The position numbers and the translations under genes were made by a program. Positions 37,998 through 46,411 of a stretch of 64,000 bases of DNA are shown here, piece by piece. Source of the DNA: Oscillospiraceae bacterium (GTDB taxonomy: Bacteria; Bacillota; Clostridia; UBA1381; UBA9506). Position 1 is the stretch's first letter. Every line of letters starts with the position of its first letter. The stretch lies in assembly GCA_015068615.1 (NCBI GenBank), contig SVKE01000001.1, positions 42,679 to 106,678 on the forward strand. The letters are read 5' to 3'. The notes beneath the pieces were generated by a model. It did no database searches and was not told the origin of the DNA. It saw only the letters and a list, made by a program, of their open reading frames with translations.

Positions 37998-38810
37998 TTA
38001 TCCAATCCATGTAAAATATAAAATAACGATGAGGCCCAGTACAATGCGGTACCAACCAAAGAGCTTAAAATCGTGCCGCTTTACATAGCTCATTAGAAAT
38101 TTTACGGAGAGCATAGAGACGATATAGGCCACAATAGCACCGACGGCTAAAATGCCCCATTCTGTGGCGGTCATCACATAGTCGTTTGTCACAAGCTTTA
38201 AAAAACTGACGCCGAACATAACCGGAATTGCCAGAAAGAAGGAAAATTCCGCGGCAACGGCCCGTGAGGTTCCCAGCAGCATGGCGCCTAAAATGGTGGC
38301 ACCGGAGCGTGAGGTGCCCGGAACGATGGAGAGCACCTGAAACAGGCCGATGAGGATGGCTGTTTTATAAGAGAGAGTATTCATATCCGCAATTTGTGCC
38401 TGTTTTTCCTTGCGTTCTATAAAGAGGAAAGCGATGCCGTAGATGAGCAGTGTGGCGCTGATGACATATGGGTTTTCAAAATGCTCCATGAAATCGTTAA
38501 GCAAGAGGCCGATGACAGCTGCCGGCAGACAGGCGACAATTACTTTAAACCACATTTGCCAGGTGTCCTTCTTTTCTGCCGGTGTCTTTTTGGGTGAAAA
38601 GGGATTCAGTTTTTTAAAATACAGGGTGACAATGGCCAAAATAGCGCCCAGCTGTATGACATATAAGAACACGTCGGTGGTCAAAAAGCTGTCCTTTGTC
38701 CGCATAAAGGCATTGACTAAGATCATGTGACCGGTGCTGCTGATGGGCAGCCACTCGCTGATTCCTTCCACAATGCCCAAAAGAAGGGCTTTAAAAAAAT
38801 CAAGAGGCAT
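37998..38810 (-). CDS. uppP: undecaprenyl-diphosphate phosphatase (BacA/UppP)
   Basis: 270 aa with 8 TM segments. Motifs GIVEGISEWLPISSTGH and PGTSRSGATI. Confidence 0.93.
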   Translation of the reverse strand: MPLDFFKALLLGIVEGISEWLPISSTGHMILVNAFMRTKDSFLTTDVFLYVIQLGAILAIVTLYFKKLNPFSPKKTPAEKKDTWQMWFKVIVACLPAAVIGLLLNDFMEHFENPYVISATLLIYGIAFLFIERKEKQAQIADMNTLSYKTAILIGLFQVLSIVPGTSRSGATILGAMLLGTSRAVAAEFSFFLAIPVMFGVSFLKLVTNDYVMTATEWGILAVGAIVAYIVSMLSVKFLMSYVKRHDFKLFGWYRIVLGLIVILYFTWIG

Positions 38811-38892
38811 GTTAAACTTCCTTTCTTTGCTAACGGATGATTCTCCTTACAATATATGCTGTGGGGCACGAAACATGCAGGATGCAGCGTGC

Positions 38893-39450
38893 TTAGAGTT
38901 GGTTTTCATCATATTGGGCTCGTATACCGCCAATGAATTTAGGGCGGGTACGGGCGCAAAGGATATGTGCCTTGCCGATTGTGCTGACGGAAAGACGCAC
39001 CGGCACAGCCACAGCCTTTAGCTGCATGCCAATCAATGTGCCTCCAATATCCATGCCGGCAGAGGCGCGGATGCCCTCTACTGCCACGGGGCAGGTCATA
39101 TGCTCATAGGCAATGGTTGCAAAGGAGCCGCCGGCCTTGGGCTGCGGGACCACATTAACAGGCTCATAGCCGAAATGGACAGCGGCCTCTTTTTCCAATA
39201 TAACGGCGCGATTTAAGTGCTCGCAGCACTGGGCAGCAAGATAGATGCCTCGCTCCTCGGCATGCGGCGCAATGCCCTCCCAGAGCGCCCGGGCGACGTC
39301 AACGCTAGAGGCCTTGCCAATGGTGCCGCCTGTCACCTCACTGGTAGAGCAGCCGATAACAAATAGCTCGCCGGCGGCGAGTCTCGCGGTATCTAAAAGC
39401 TCCTTCATTGCTTGTGAGGCCTGATTTTTAATCTCCTCGTACATCATCAT
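38893..39450 (-). CDS. TIGR01440/UPF0340 (YwlG-like) family protein
   Basis: 185 aa. FVIGCSTSEV.GG.IGK and CCEHLNRA motifs as I remember them for the YwlG family. Confidence 0.7.
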   Translation of the reverse strand: MMMYEEIKNQASQAMKELLDTARLAAGELFVIGCSTSEVTGGTIGKASSVDVARALWEGIAPHAEERGIYLAAQCCEHLNRAVILEKEAAVHFGYEPVNVVPQPKAGGSFATIAYEHMTCPVAVEGIRASAGMDIGGTLIGMQLKAVAVPVRLSVSTIGKAHILCARTRPKFIGGIRAQYDENQL

Positions 39451-39551
39451 CTTTCCTTACCGATATTTTCTGTATGTACCCAGTATAGCACAGTCTCAGC
39501 CTGTTTTCAAGCTTGGGGCTGTGATTTTTTTGCTAAATATTAAATTAGGTA

Positions 39552-39600
39552 TTGACAATCATATTCTACCATGGTAGAATATGATAAACTACAGCTGTAG
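39552..39600 (+). promoter_or_regulatory. sigmaA promoter overlapped by a 28-bp perfect palindrome plus a TACA-N2-TGTA dyad (BlaI/MecI-type operators)
   Basis: TTGACA (39552-39557), 17-nt spacer, TAGAAT (39575-39580). Palindrome ATCATATTCTACCATGGTAGAATATGAT at 39558-39585. Second dyad CTACAGCTGTAG at 39589-39600. Confidence 0.7.
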
Positions 39601-39630
39601 AATAAAAATAATAGAAAGGATGGTGCTGAA

Positions 39631-40002
39631 ATGAAGGACATTACAATCGGTGAATCGGAGCTGGAAATTATGAAGGTGCTGTGGAAGGCGAAGGAGCCCA
39701 TTACCTCTGTTGAAATCAGTCAGGCGGTGGCAGAGAGAGGCTGGAAAAAAACAACGATTGCAACCTTTTTGACAAGGCTTGTGGAAAAGGGGGCTGTTGC
39801 AGCAAACAAACAGGGAAAGCTTTACTATTATACGCCGCTTCTCACAGCCAAGGCACACCGCAGGGCACAAACGAGGCACTTAATAATGAGCCTGTATAAT
39901 GGCTCGGTAAAGGACTTTGCGGTTTCGCTTTTTGAGGAGGAAAAGCTCTCTGAGGATGACATTCAGGAGCTTAGAGCCCTTTTTGAGGATAAGGAGGGAT
40001 GA
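39631..40002 (+). CDS. BlaI/MecI/CopY family transcriptional repressor
   Basis: 123 aa. Winged-helix N-terminus (ESELEIMKVLWKAKEPITSVEISQAV...WKKTTIATFLTRLVEKG) and a helical C-terminal dimerisation region. Its stop overlaps the next start (ATGA). Confidence 0.88.
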   Translation: MKDITIGESELEIMKVLWKAKEPITSVEISQAVAERGWKKTTIATFLTRLVEKGAVAANKQGKLYYYTPLLTAKAHRRAQTRHLIMSLYNGSVKDFAVSLFEEEKLSEDDIQELRALFEDKEG

Positions 40003-42350
40003 ACATGCGCGAGCTGTTTCAAACATTTTTGCTGCTTTCCTGTGTCGGCACGATGCTGGGAGCGGTCTTGATGCTGTTCAGACCCATAACAAAAAGGCTG
40101 TTTTCCGTTGCCTGGCATTATTATATGTGGCTGGTGGTGCTTTTTGTGATGGTACTTCCCGTGCGCTTGCAGGTGCCGTCAGTATCCGTGCCGGCGCAGG
40201 TGCCGCAAATGGAGACGGCCGTAAAAGAAATGAATGCGCCAAGAGAGCGGGAGCCCGTGCCTGCTCATGAGGGGACACCGGTGACGGCTGTGGTGAGCGA
40301 GCCTGTGCAGACAGAGGAAATTTGGGTGGGCGAGGCGATACAAAGTTTTTTTAACAAAAAAGTACCTCTGTTGTCCTTTCTTTGGGCCTTGGGTGCCGTT
40401 CTGTTTTTTGCAAAAAAGCTTTTGGGATATCTAGTGCTGCTAGGTACAATCCGAAGGCATTCTGCAGTCATAACCTGTCCGCAGCTTGCGGCCTACACAA
40501 GTCGACACATCATGGTGAGGGTCAGCAGTAAGATTTCCTCTCCTTTTATGACCGGGCTGGTTAGGCCTGTCCTGCTGCTGCCGGATATACAAATGACAGA
40601 GACGCAGCTGGAGCATGTGCTGTCTCATGAAATGGTGCATTTTAAGCGGGGCGATATTTATTATAAATGGTTTGTCAGTCTCGTCAGCTGTCTGCATTGG
40701 TTCAACCCTTTCATATATTGGATGAGTCGCCAAATGAGTATTGACTGTGAGGCCTCCTGCGATTTGGAGGTTGTACGCAAGCTGGATCAGGCTGGTGAAA
40801 AAAGCTATGTCAACACGATTCTAATGCTCGTCGCATCACACAAAAGGAGCCTCCCCTTAACAACAGGCATGACAGGTGGCAAGCATTCTTTAAAAAAGCG
40901 GTTTATGATGTTGACGGAGAAAATGACCGTCAGTCGCAGGGTGACAATAGCTTCGGTTGTGGTGTCGGCCGTGGTGATTCTCGGCGCTGTGCTTATCAGC
41001 GGTGCGCTAAACGGACATCTACTTTCTGTACCTGACCATCCTCTAATGTCTCTTTCGGCGGATGAAAGAGAGGGCGAGGCGTGGAACACGTTGCTGATTG
41101 GAACGGACGCCAAAGGGCGCGCAGACGCAATCTTGCTTATCTCCTGCAACAAAGACAGCATGGTGAGCTGTTCCGTGCCAAGAAATGCGCTGTTTGGTAG
41201 CGGCAAAAGACTTTCGGAGTATCTGGCAGGGGAGAACGGCGATCAGCAGGCGCTCAATGCCGTGAGAGAGGCATTTCATATTCCCATCAGCTATTATGCC
41301 AGAATTGACTTGCATGCCGTGGAAGAAATGATAGACCAGGTCGGCGGCCTGGAGCTGGAGGTGCCGATGGATATGGTCTATGAGGACCCATATCAGGATT
41401 TATACATTAATTTAAAAAGGGGCAGACAGCAGCTGAACGGCCGGCAGGTATCTCAGCTTTTACGCTACAGGAGTGGATATGCCGACGGAGAGTTTTCCAG
41501 AATGGCCATGCACCAGACGGTGCTGGAAGCCCTTATCAGCCAGAAAATAATGGCTGGCAAGACCTTTGATTTTGCAGAAATATATGAGCTCCTTTCCCGG
41601 CGCATCGTCACAAATTATCCGCTCCAGACGCTCCTGCAGGACTATCGGCATATCAAGAGCTTAGACAGCAGCAGGATGCAGTTCGACATCATTCCCGGAG
41701 CAAATGTGGTAGCTGATAACGGCACCTATGCTTATGAGATTGACTACGCAAGGGCAAACGAAATGCTGAAGGCCTTCCGGCCGGAATCAGACAGTCTTTC
41801 CCTGACACCACCTGCAGCGAGAGCCGTACCACTTGCAGAGGAACAGCCATTGGCTGTATCCAAACCGCAGGAGGCTGTTCCGGCAGCTATGCAGGATCAG
41901 AATAGAGTAGCATTGCGCAGTGCAAGAATCAAATCCGATGTGGTCGCAACAGAGCCTTATATAGGCTTTGAGCAGGTGTTGTTATCCGGGAAAGGAATAG
42001 ATAAAATCCGTCAGGAATTGGTGCGGCAGGGTCTCATGGAATCACAGGAGAGCCTTGTGAAGCTGCAGAGCAGCTTTGCCGTCAGGGATTACAGCCAAAC
42101 AGACAATCGCATCCGGTGTGATGAAAAGGGGAATATATCTCTGTTTTTTGCGGGCAATCAGGAGGAACTGATGGACATTTGTTTTTATGATGCAGCAACG
42201 GGGGCGGATGTGGGGCAATATTGCATTTTGGCAGACGGAAAGGCAGCTTATAGCTTTTTAGGCTTTGATACTAGCAAGGACTACCGTCTCACCGTTCGGG
42301 GCAAGACACAGGGAGACTGGCAGATTGAGGGAGAATATATTATTTATTAA
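39999..42350 (+). CDS. M56 (BlaR1/MecR1-type) zinc-metalloprotease signal transducer fused to an extracytoplasmic LCP (LytR-CpsA-Psr) domain and an unassigned C-terminal domain
   Basis: 783 aa. N-terminal TM segments and HEMVH at nt 40626-40640. TM anchor at aa ~314-337. LCP-like block NTLLIGTD..GRADAILLIS..SVPRN ... LNGRQVSQLLRYRSGYADGEFSRMAMHQTVL at aa ~360-560. Confidence 0.75.
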   Translation: MNMRELFQTFLLLSCVGTMLGAVLMLFRPITKRLFSVAWHYYMWLVVLFVMVLPVRLQVPSVSVPAQVPQMETAVKEMNAPREREPVPAHEGTPVTAVVSEPVQTEEIWVGEAIQSFFNKKVPLLSFLWALGAVLFFAKKLLGYLVLLGTIRRHSAVITCPQLAAYTSRHIMVRVSSKISSPFMTGLVRPVLLLPDIQMTETQLEHVLSHEMVHFKRGDIYYKWFVSLVSCLHWFNPFIYWMSRQMSIDCEASCDLEVVRKLDQAGEKSYVNTILMLVASHKRSLPLTTGMTGGKHSLKKRFMMLTEKMTVSRRVTIASVVVSAVVILGAVLISGALNGHLLSVPDHPLMSLSADEREGEAWNTLLIGTDAKGRADAILLISCNKDSMVSCSVPRNALFGSGKRLSEYLAGENGDQQALNAVREAFHIPISYYARIDLHAVEEMIDQVGGLELEVPMDMVYEDPYQDLYINLKRGRQQLNGRQVSQLLRYRSGYADGEFSRMAMHQTVLEALISQKIMAGKTFDFAEIYELLSRRIVTNYPLQTLLQDYRHIKSLDSSRMQFDIIPGANVVADNGTYAYEIDYARANEMLKAFRPESDSLSLTPPAARAVPLAEEQPLAVSKPQEAVPAAMQDQNRVALRSARIKSDVVATEPYIGFEQVLLSGKGIDKIRQELVRQGLMESQESLVKLQSSFAVRDYSQTDNRIRCDEKGNISLFFAGNQEELMDICFYDAATGADVGQYCILADGKAAYSFLGFDTSKDYRLTVRGKTQGDWQIEGEYIIY

Positions 42351-42366
42351 TAAGGAGCGACATACA

Positions 42367-43008
42367 ATGAAGAAAAGAATTGCAATATTTTTGACAATGC
42401 TGCAGCTATTTGCGTTTTCTGCCGGAGCATTGGATTTGACCGAGGCGCAAAAGGAGGATTTATTTAATGCGGGTATTATGACAGGTGATGAAACAGGGGA
42501 TTTGCGGCTGGCAGATACCATCACAAGGGCCGAGTCAGTTAAAATGCTTTGTGTGGCAGGGAATTTAAAGCTTCAGGATGTTTCTGCAGAGCCGCTTTTG
42601 TTTCCGGATGTACAAAAGACGCATTGGGCGGCCTCATACATACAGGCTGCGAGGAACAGAGGGCTTGTGGCAGGGGATGAAACAGGCTTTTTCCATCCTG
42701 AGAGCTCCGTCACCAACGAAGAGTTTGTTAAAATGCTCGTGTGCTTACTGGGCTACGAGCCAAAAACAATACGAGGCGGTTATCCGGCCGGCTACACGGC
42801 AGTGGCTGCGGAGCTGGGCATCACGGAGAACCTACAGCTTGCAGCAGGCGCAGCAGCCAGCCGTAATGATGTAGCCATTATGGTGCAGCGCGCGCTGGAT
42901 ACGCCTCTGATGGTTACAAAGCACGACAGCAGTGCAGACGTAGCTGAATATATCGTTATGAATGGAGAAAACGGCGTTCCGCTTTCTACGTTGCGGAAGC
43001 AGGGATAA
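42367..43008 (+). CDS. secreted SLH-domain protein
   Basis: The ORF track starts at 42265. I prefer MKKRIAIFLTMLQLFAFSAGA at 42367 (signal peptide, AAGGAG SD). FPDVQKTHWAASYIQAARNRGLVAGDETGFFHPESSVTNEEFVKML is a canonical SLH repeat and is flanked by two weaker ones. Confidence 0.75.
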   Translation: MKKRIAIFLTMLQLFAFSAGALDLTEAQKEDLFNAGIMTGDETGDLRLADTITRAESVKMLCVAGNLKLQDVSAEPLLFPDVQKTHWAASYIQAARNRGLVAGDETGFFHPESSVTNEEFVKMLVCLLGYEPKTIRGGYPAGYTAVAAELGITENLQLAAGAAASRNDVAIMVQRALDTPLMVTKHDSSADVAEYIVMNGENGVPLSTLRKQG

Positions 43009-43022
43009 ATATGAAGATGAAA

Positions 43023-43067
43023 GGGCTGTAAAATAACTTTTCATTATTTTACAGCCCCTATTTTTTT
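43023..43067 (+). terminator. intrinsic terminator
   Basis: 14-bp perfect stem GGGCTGTAAAATAA / TTATTTTACAGCCC followed by T7. Confidence 0.8.
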
Positions 43068-43131
43068 AGAAGGGTTATACCAATCAGGAGAAAAGCCTGT
43101 GCATGTAAAAGCAGGAGGCGGTGCCGCAGGT

Positions 43132-45471
43132 TTATGCGGTTTTCAGGAGCGCTGCCAGCACAGTCATATCATCTCGTGGTGTTCCTCCGCTTGCGCTGAT
43201 GGCTGCTCGCAGAATTTCATCGGCAAGCTTTTGCGGAGATTCTCCGCAAAAGTCCTCCATCAGCCGACAAAGCCGGCTTTCTCCTTCTTTTTCCAGCACA
43301 TCTGTTATGCCATCTGTAACCAACACCACAAAATCACCGGCGGTTGCATATTTTAATTCACAATCCGCTTCCACTTCGCGAACAATGCCGGCAGGTAACG
43401 ATGCGCTGGAGATTTTTTCCGTCTCCGACTCTCGTTTGACATAGGAGGGAGCGGCGCCGATTTTAATAAATTCCAGCGCACCGCTGTATAAATTCACAAG
43501 ACACAGGTCTGCCGTGGCAAAGCTTTCGCCCTCGCCGCCTACCATTAGCATGCTGTTAATCAGCCGTAATGCCGTCTCCTTGTCAAAGCCGGCGCATAGT
43601 AGCTTTTTAATGAGATGCACCGTCATGCTGCTCTGGCTTTCTGCGGCGTGGCCCTGTCCCATGCCATCTGATAAGGCCAAAATGTATTTTCCGTCACCGG
43701 AAAGGGAGAGCATATGGTTATCTCCGGACTGCGGATTATGCTGTCCGGCAACCCGGGCAAAGCCCGTCTCAATGCTAAATCGCGCCTGCTCGCGAAAGGT
43801 CAGCCGGCAAACGCCGTCTCCGCAGGCGGTGGGGACTCGCAGCATAGGAACACCTAAAGCGTGCCCCAGGGTGGCAGAAACGCGTCCGGCGCAGGCCCTT
43901 TCGCCACCACAAGGCGTAAGCTCCAGCGTGACCGTCATCGCCTCATCACCTGTGATATGCACATTGCGTGCCGCAATGCCGCTGCGATCTAAGGCCGCAA
44001 GCACCTTTCGCTCAAGACGCACGGCATCCTCGGGAGCGACTGTCAGCTCGTGTTTTAGGTGCGCCAGCACCGAGGAAATATTTTTAAGCTGCATAATCGC
44101 CAGCTGACGGCTTTCCGTCACGCGACCTGCCCACATCAGATTGATTTTGTGCAGCTCATAGCTTTTGTTCAACGCCTTGATAAACTCCTCCAGTCGAATA
44201 CAGGCATTTTTAAATTCTGCCGGAACGTCCTTGAGCAGGGCCTCTCCGTGCAGTTCCATCCTCTCATAAAGGTCAAGCAGTGAGCGACGGGTGTTGTTGT
44301 ATTCCTTCTGCCAGCAATAATGCATCAAAGAGCAGTCTCGGCAGACGGCGTCTGCCGTTCTGTCAAATAACGTACCCGGATCCTGCATATCGGCAGAAAT
44401 ACGCTGCGAGACTACCTCGCTGAACATGTCCGAAAGCTCTGTAAAGGAATCTGCTGCGGCCGTTAGCTTTTCACACATAATATCCCGTATCCGCTTAGCC
44501 GAATCCTCGGCATAGGACGGAGCCTTTACCACCTCGCCGAATAGATTTAAAAGCCTGTCCGGCAGGAGAAACAGAGCGGCTCCGGCAATGATTACATAAT
44601 AAAAGCTGATGACTGTATTGGTCGAAGAGCTAAAATAAAGAGCTGCGGCACTGTTTGCAGCAAAGAAACCCAGCACCACACCCCAGCGCCCCTTCTTTTG
44701 CAAGAGACCCGCACAAAGAGAGCTGACTCCGTAAACCGCCACCACCTGTGCCGGCAAAAGCTCGCCCAGACTGTTTACCACACCCAGCGTAACGCCGGCG
44801 GCACAGGCGAGGGGAAAGCCCCCGGTGAGACCGGCAATAAAAATCACCATCACGCTCAGCACATGGGCACCCCCCGCAAAATAAGGAAAGGTTTTGAGGC
44901 TTAAAATAATGCAGGCTGAAAGCAACACAAGACTTAGTGATTCCAACGGTTCAAAAACCGTTCTGCTTGCAAGACCCCGCAAAAGCGCGCCGGCTTTATC
45001 AAAGGCAAAATAAAGCAGAAAAACACTAACAGCCTCCAGCAGAAGGTATAAAGCATCATACAACAAAAAGCCGTCAAAAACGATACACACACTCCCGGTC
45101 AGCAAAACGGCCAGAGCCGGTGTCAATCCATAGAGCCACCGGTGTTTTTCAAATTCCTCCGCTAAAAGCACGCTTGTTGCACCGGTAATGATCAAGGCGC
45201 CGGCATATTGTAAAACGTTCACCCCCATGCCCGACACAAGAAGCCCTAGTCCTGCCGCCAGGAGCCCCAAAGGGCGTTTTTGCCTAGGAAAGGTTGCCGC
45301 GAAGTACGAAAGCCCAAAGGGCGAAAAAGCACTGAATAAATAGATTTTGCTCAATAGGAATAAAATGCCGTATTCCAATAGCTCATACACACCGAAATCC
45401 CACATCTTTTTACGATGCTTTGCCGCGGGGATGCCCATTCTTTTGTAAGACTGAATCTCTTGCTTTGTCAT
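43132..45471 (-). CDS. spoIIE: stage II sporulation protein E (PP2C phosphatase, polytopic membrane N-domain)
   Basis: The ORF track starts at 45543. I prefer the MTKQEIQ start at 45471, which has GGAGG 8 nt upstream. About 10 TM segments and a C-terminal PP2C domain (LSDGMGQGHAAE ... VLVTDGITD). Confidence 0.9.
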   Translation of the reverse strand: MTKQEIQSYKRMGIPAAKHRKKMWDFGVYELLEYGILFLLSKIYLFSAFSPFGLSYFAATFPRQKRPLGLLAAGLGLLVSGMGVNVLQYAGALIITGATSVLLAEEFEKHRWLYGLTPALAVLLTGSVCIVFDGFLLYDALYLLLEAVSVFLLYFAFDKAGALLRGLASRTVFEPLESLSLVLLSACIILSLKTFPYFAGGAHVLSVMVIFIAGLTGGFPLACAAGVTLGVVNSLGELLPAQVVAVYGVSSLCAGLLQKKGRWGVVLGFFAANSAAALYFSSSTNTVISFYYVIIAGAALFLLPDRLLNLFGEVVKAPSYAEDSAKRIRDIMCEKLTAAADSFTELSDMFSEVVSQRISADMQDPGTLFDRTADAVCRDCSLMHYCWQKEYNNTRRSLLDLYERMELHGEALLKDVPAEFKNACIRLEEFIKALNKSYELHKINLMWAGRVTESRQLAIMQLKNISSVLAHLKHELTVAPEDAVRLERKVLAALDRSGIAARNVHITGDEAMTVTLELTPCGGERACAGRVSATLGHALGVPMLRVPTACGDGVCRLTFREQARFSIETGFARVAGQHNPQSGDNHMLSLSGDGKYILALSDGMGQGHAAESQSSMTVHLIKKLLCAGFDKETALRLINSMLMVGGEGESFATADLCLVNLYSGALEFIKIGAAPSYVKRESETEKISSASLPAGIVREVEADCELKYATAGDFVVLVTDGITDVLEKEGESRLCRLMEDFCGESPQKLADEILRAAISASGGTPRDDMTVLAALLKTA

Positions 45472-45532
45472 CGGTAAGCCTCCACAGGAAAAATTTGGTA
45501 TTTCCATTATATACCAATTTTTGCGCATAATC

Positions 45533-45581
45533 TGTCGAATCACGCCGATAGACGCAAAAAACTTTTCGACCCGATTCGACA
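45533..45581. promoter_or_regulatory. three Spo0A-box-like heptamers in the spoIIE / divergent-gene control region
   Basis: TGTCGAA at 45533-45539 (plus strand). TTCGACC at 45565-45571 and TTCGACA at 45575-45581 (reverse complements GGTCGAA and TGTCGAA). A minus-strand TATAAT sits at 45511-45506. Confidence 0.5.
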
Positions 45582-45631
45582 GCCCCTTTTGTCTTGACGT
45601 AAGAGCCCAAATATGATATATTATTTTAATA

Positions 45632-46396
45632 ATGACATTTGTAATGATGGGGCAAGATAAGCTTGCCCTATTTTGGGAGGACGCCTTGAAAGAAAAGATT
45701 TATACCATACCGCTGACCGATGCTTTTGCCCATGGTGGCGAATGTCCCTTTTGCACGCTGGAAAAAAAGCTGGAGGCCGAGCAGGTCTCCTATGCCCTCG
45801 GTGCTTCCATGATGGAGCCTGATGCCCGGATTCTTTCAAACGAAAAAGGGTATTGCAGAAGGCATTACGAGCAGATGAGCCGCGAATCCCAGGCGCTCAG
45901 CCTGGCTCTTGTGTTGGACACACATCTGGCCGAGCTGATTAAAAAATTAGAAACAGCGGCAGACGCATCCGCGCCCAAAAAAGGGTTGCTAAAGAGGCGT
46001 GTAGAGGAGCAGCCTGTGGAGACGGCTCTCAGTGCTGCAGAAAGCAGCTGCCTGATTTGCCATAAGCTGCAGCACACACTGGAGAAATTTGCCGAGGTCT
46101 TTTGGTATTTATACAAAAACGAGGCCGAATTCAGGCAAAACGTTGAAGCCTGTCAGGGCTTTTGCCTGCCCCATTTTTCCCTGTTGCTTTCGTGTGCCTC
46201 CCATGAGCTTTCCGGCCACGCATTAGAGGACGCCAAAAAGGCATTGACCGAGCTGGAAATCACCCACCTAAAGCGCCTGAACGAAGAGGTCAACTGGTTC
46301 ACAAAAAAATTTGATTACCGCTACCAGAACGAGCCTTGGAAAAATTCCAAGGATGCACCCCGGCGCGTGATGGAAAAGCTTGTAAAGTTTTTATAA
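45632..46396 (+). CDS. hypothetical protein with duplicated CxxC...G[YF]CxxH module
   Basis: 254 aa per the track. The TTG at 45686, preceded by GGAGGA, is a plausible true start. Motifs: CPFC...GYCRRH, then CLIC...GFCLPH. Confidence 0.6.
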   Translation: MTFVMMGQDKLALFWEDALKEKIYTIPLTDAFAHGGECPFCTLEKKLEAEQVSYALGASMMEPDARILSNEKGYCRRHYEQMSRESQALSLALVLDTHLAELIKKLETAADASAPKKGLLKRRVEEQPVETALSAAESSCLICHKLQHTLEKFAEVFWYLYKNEAEFRQNVEACQGFCLPHFSLLLSCASHELSGHALEDAKKALTELEITHLKRLNEEVNWFTKKFDYRYQNEPWKNSKDAPRRVMEKLVKFL

Positions 46397-46411
46397 TAAG
46401 ACCAAAAGGCT

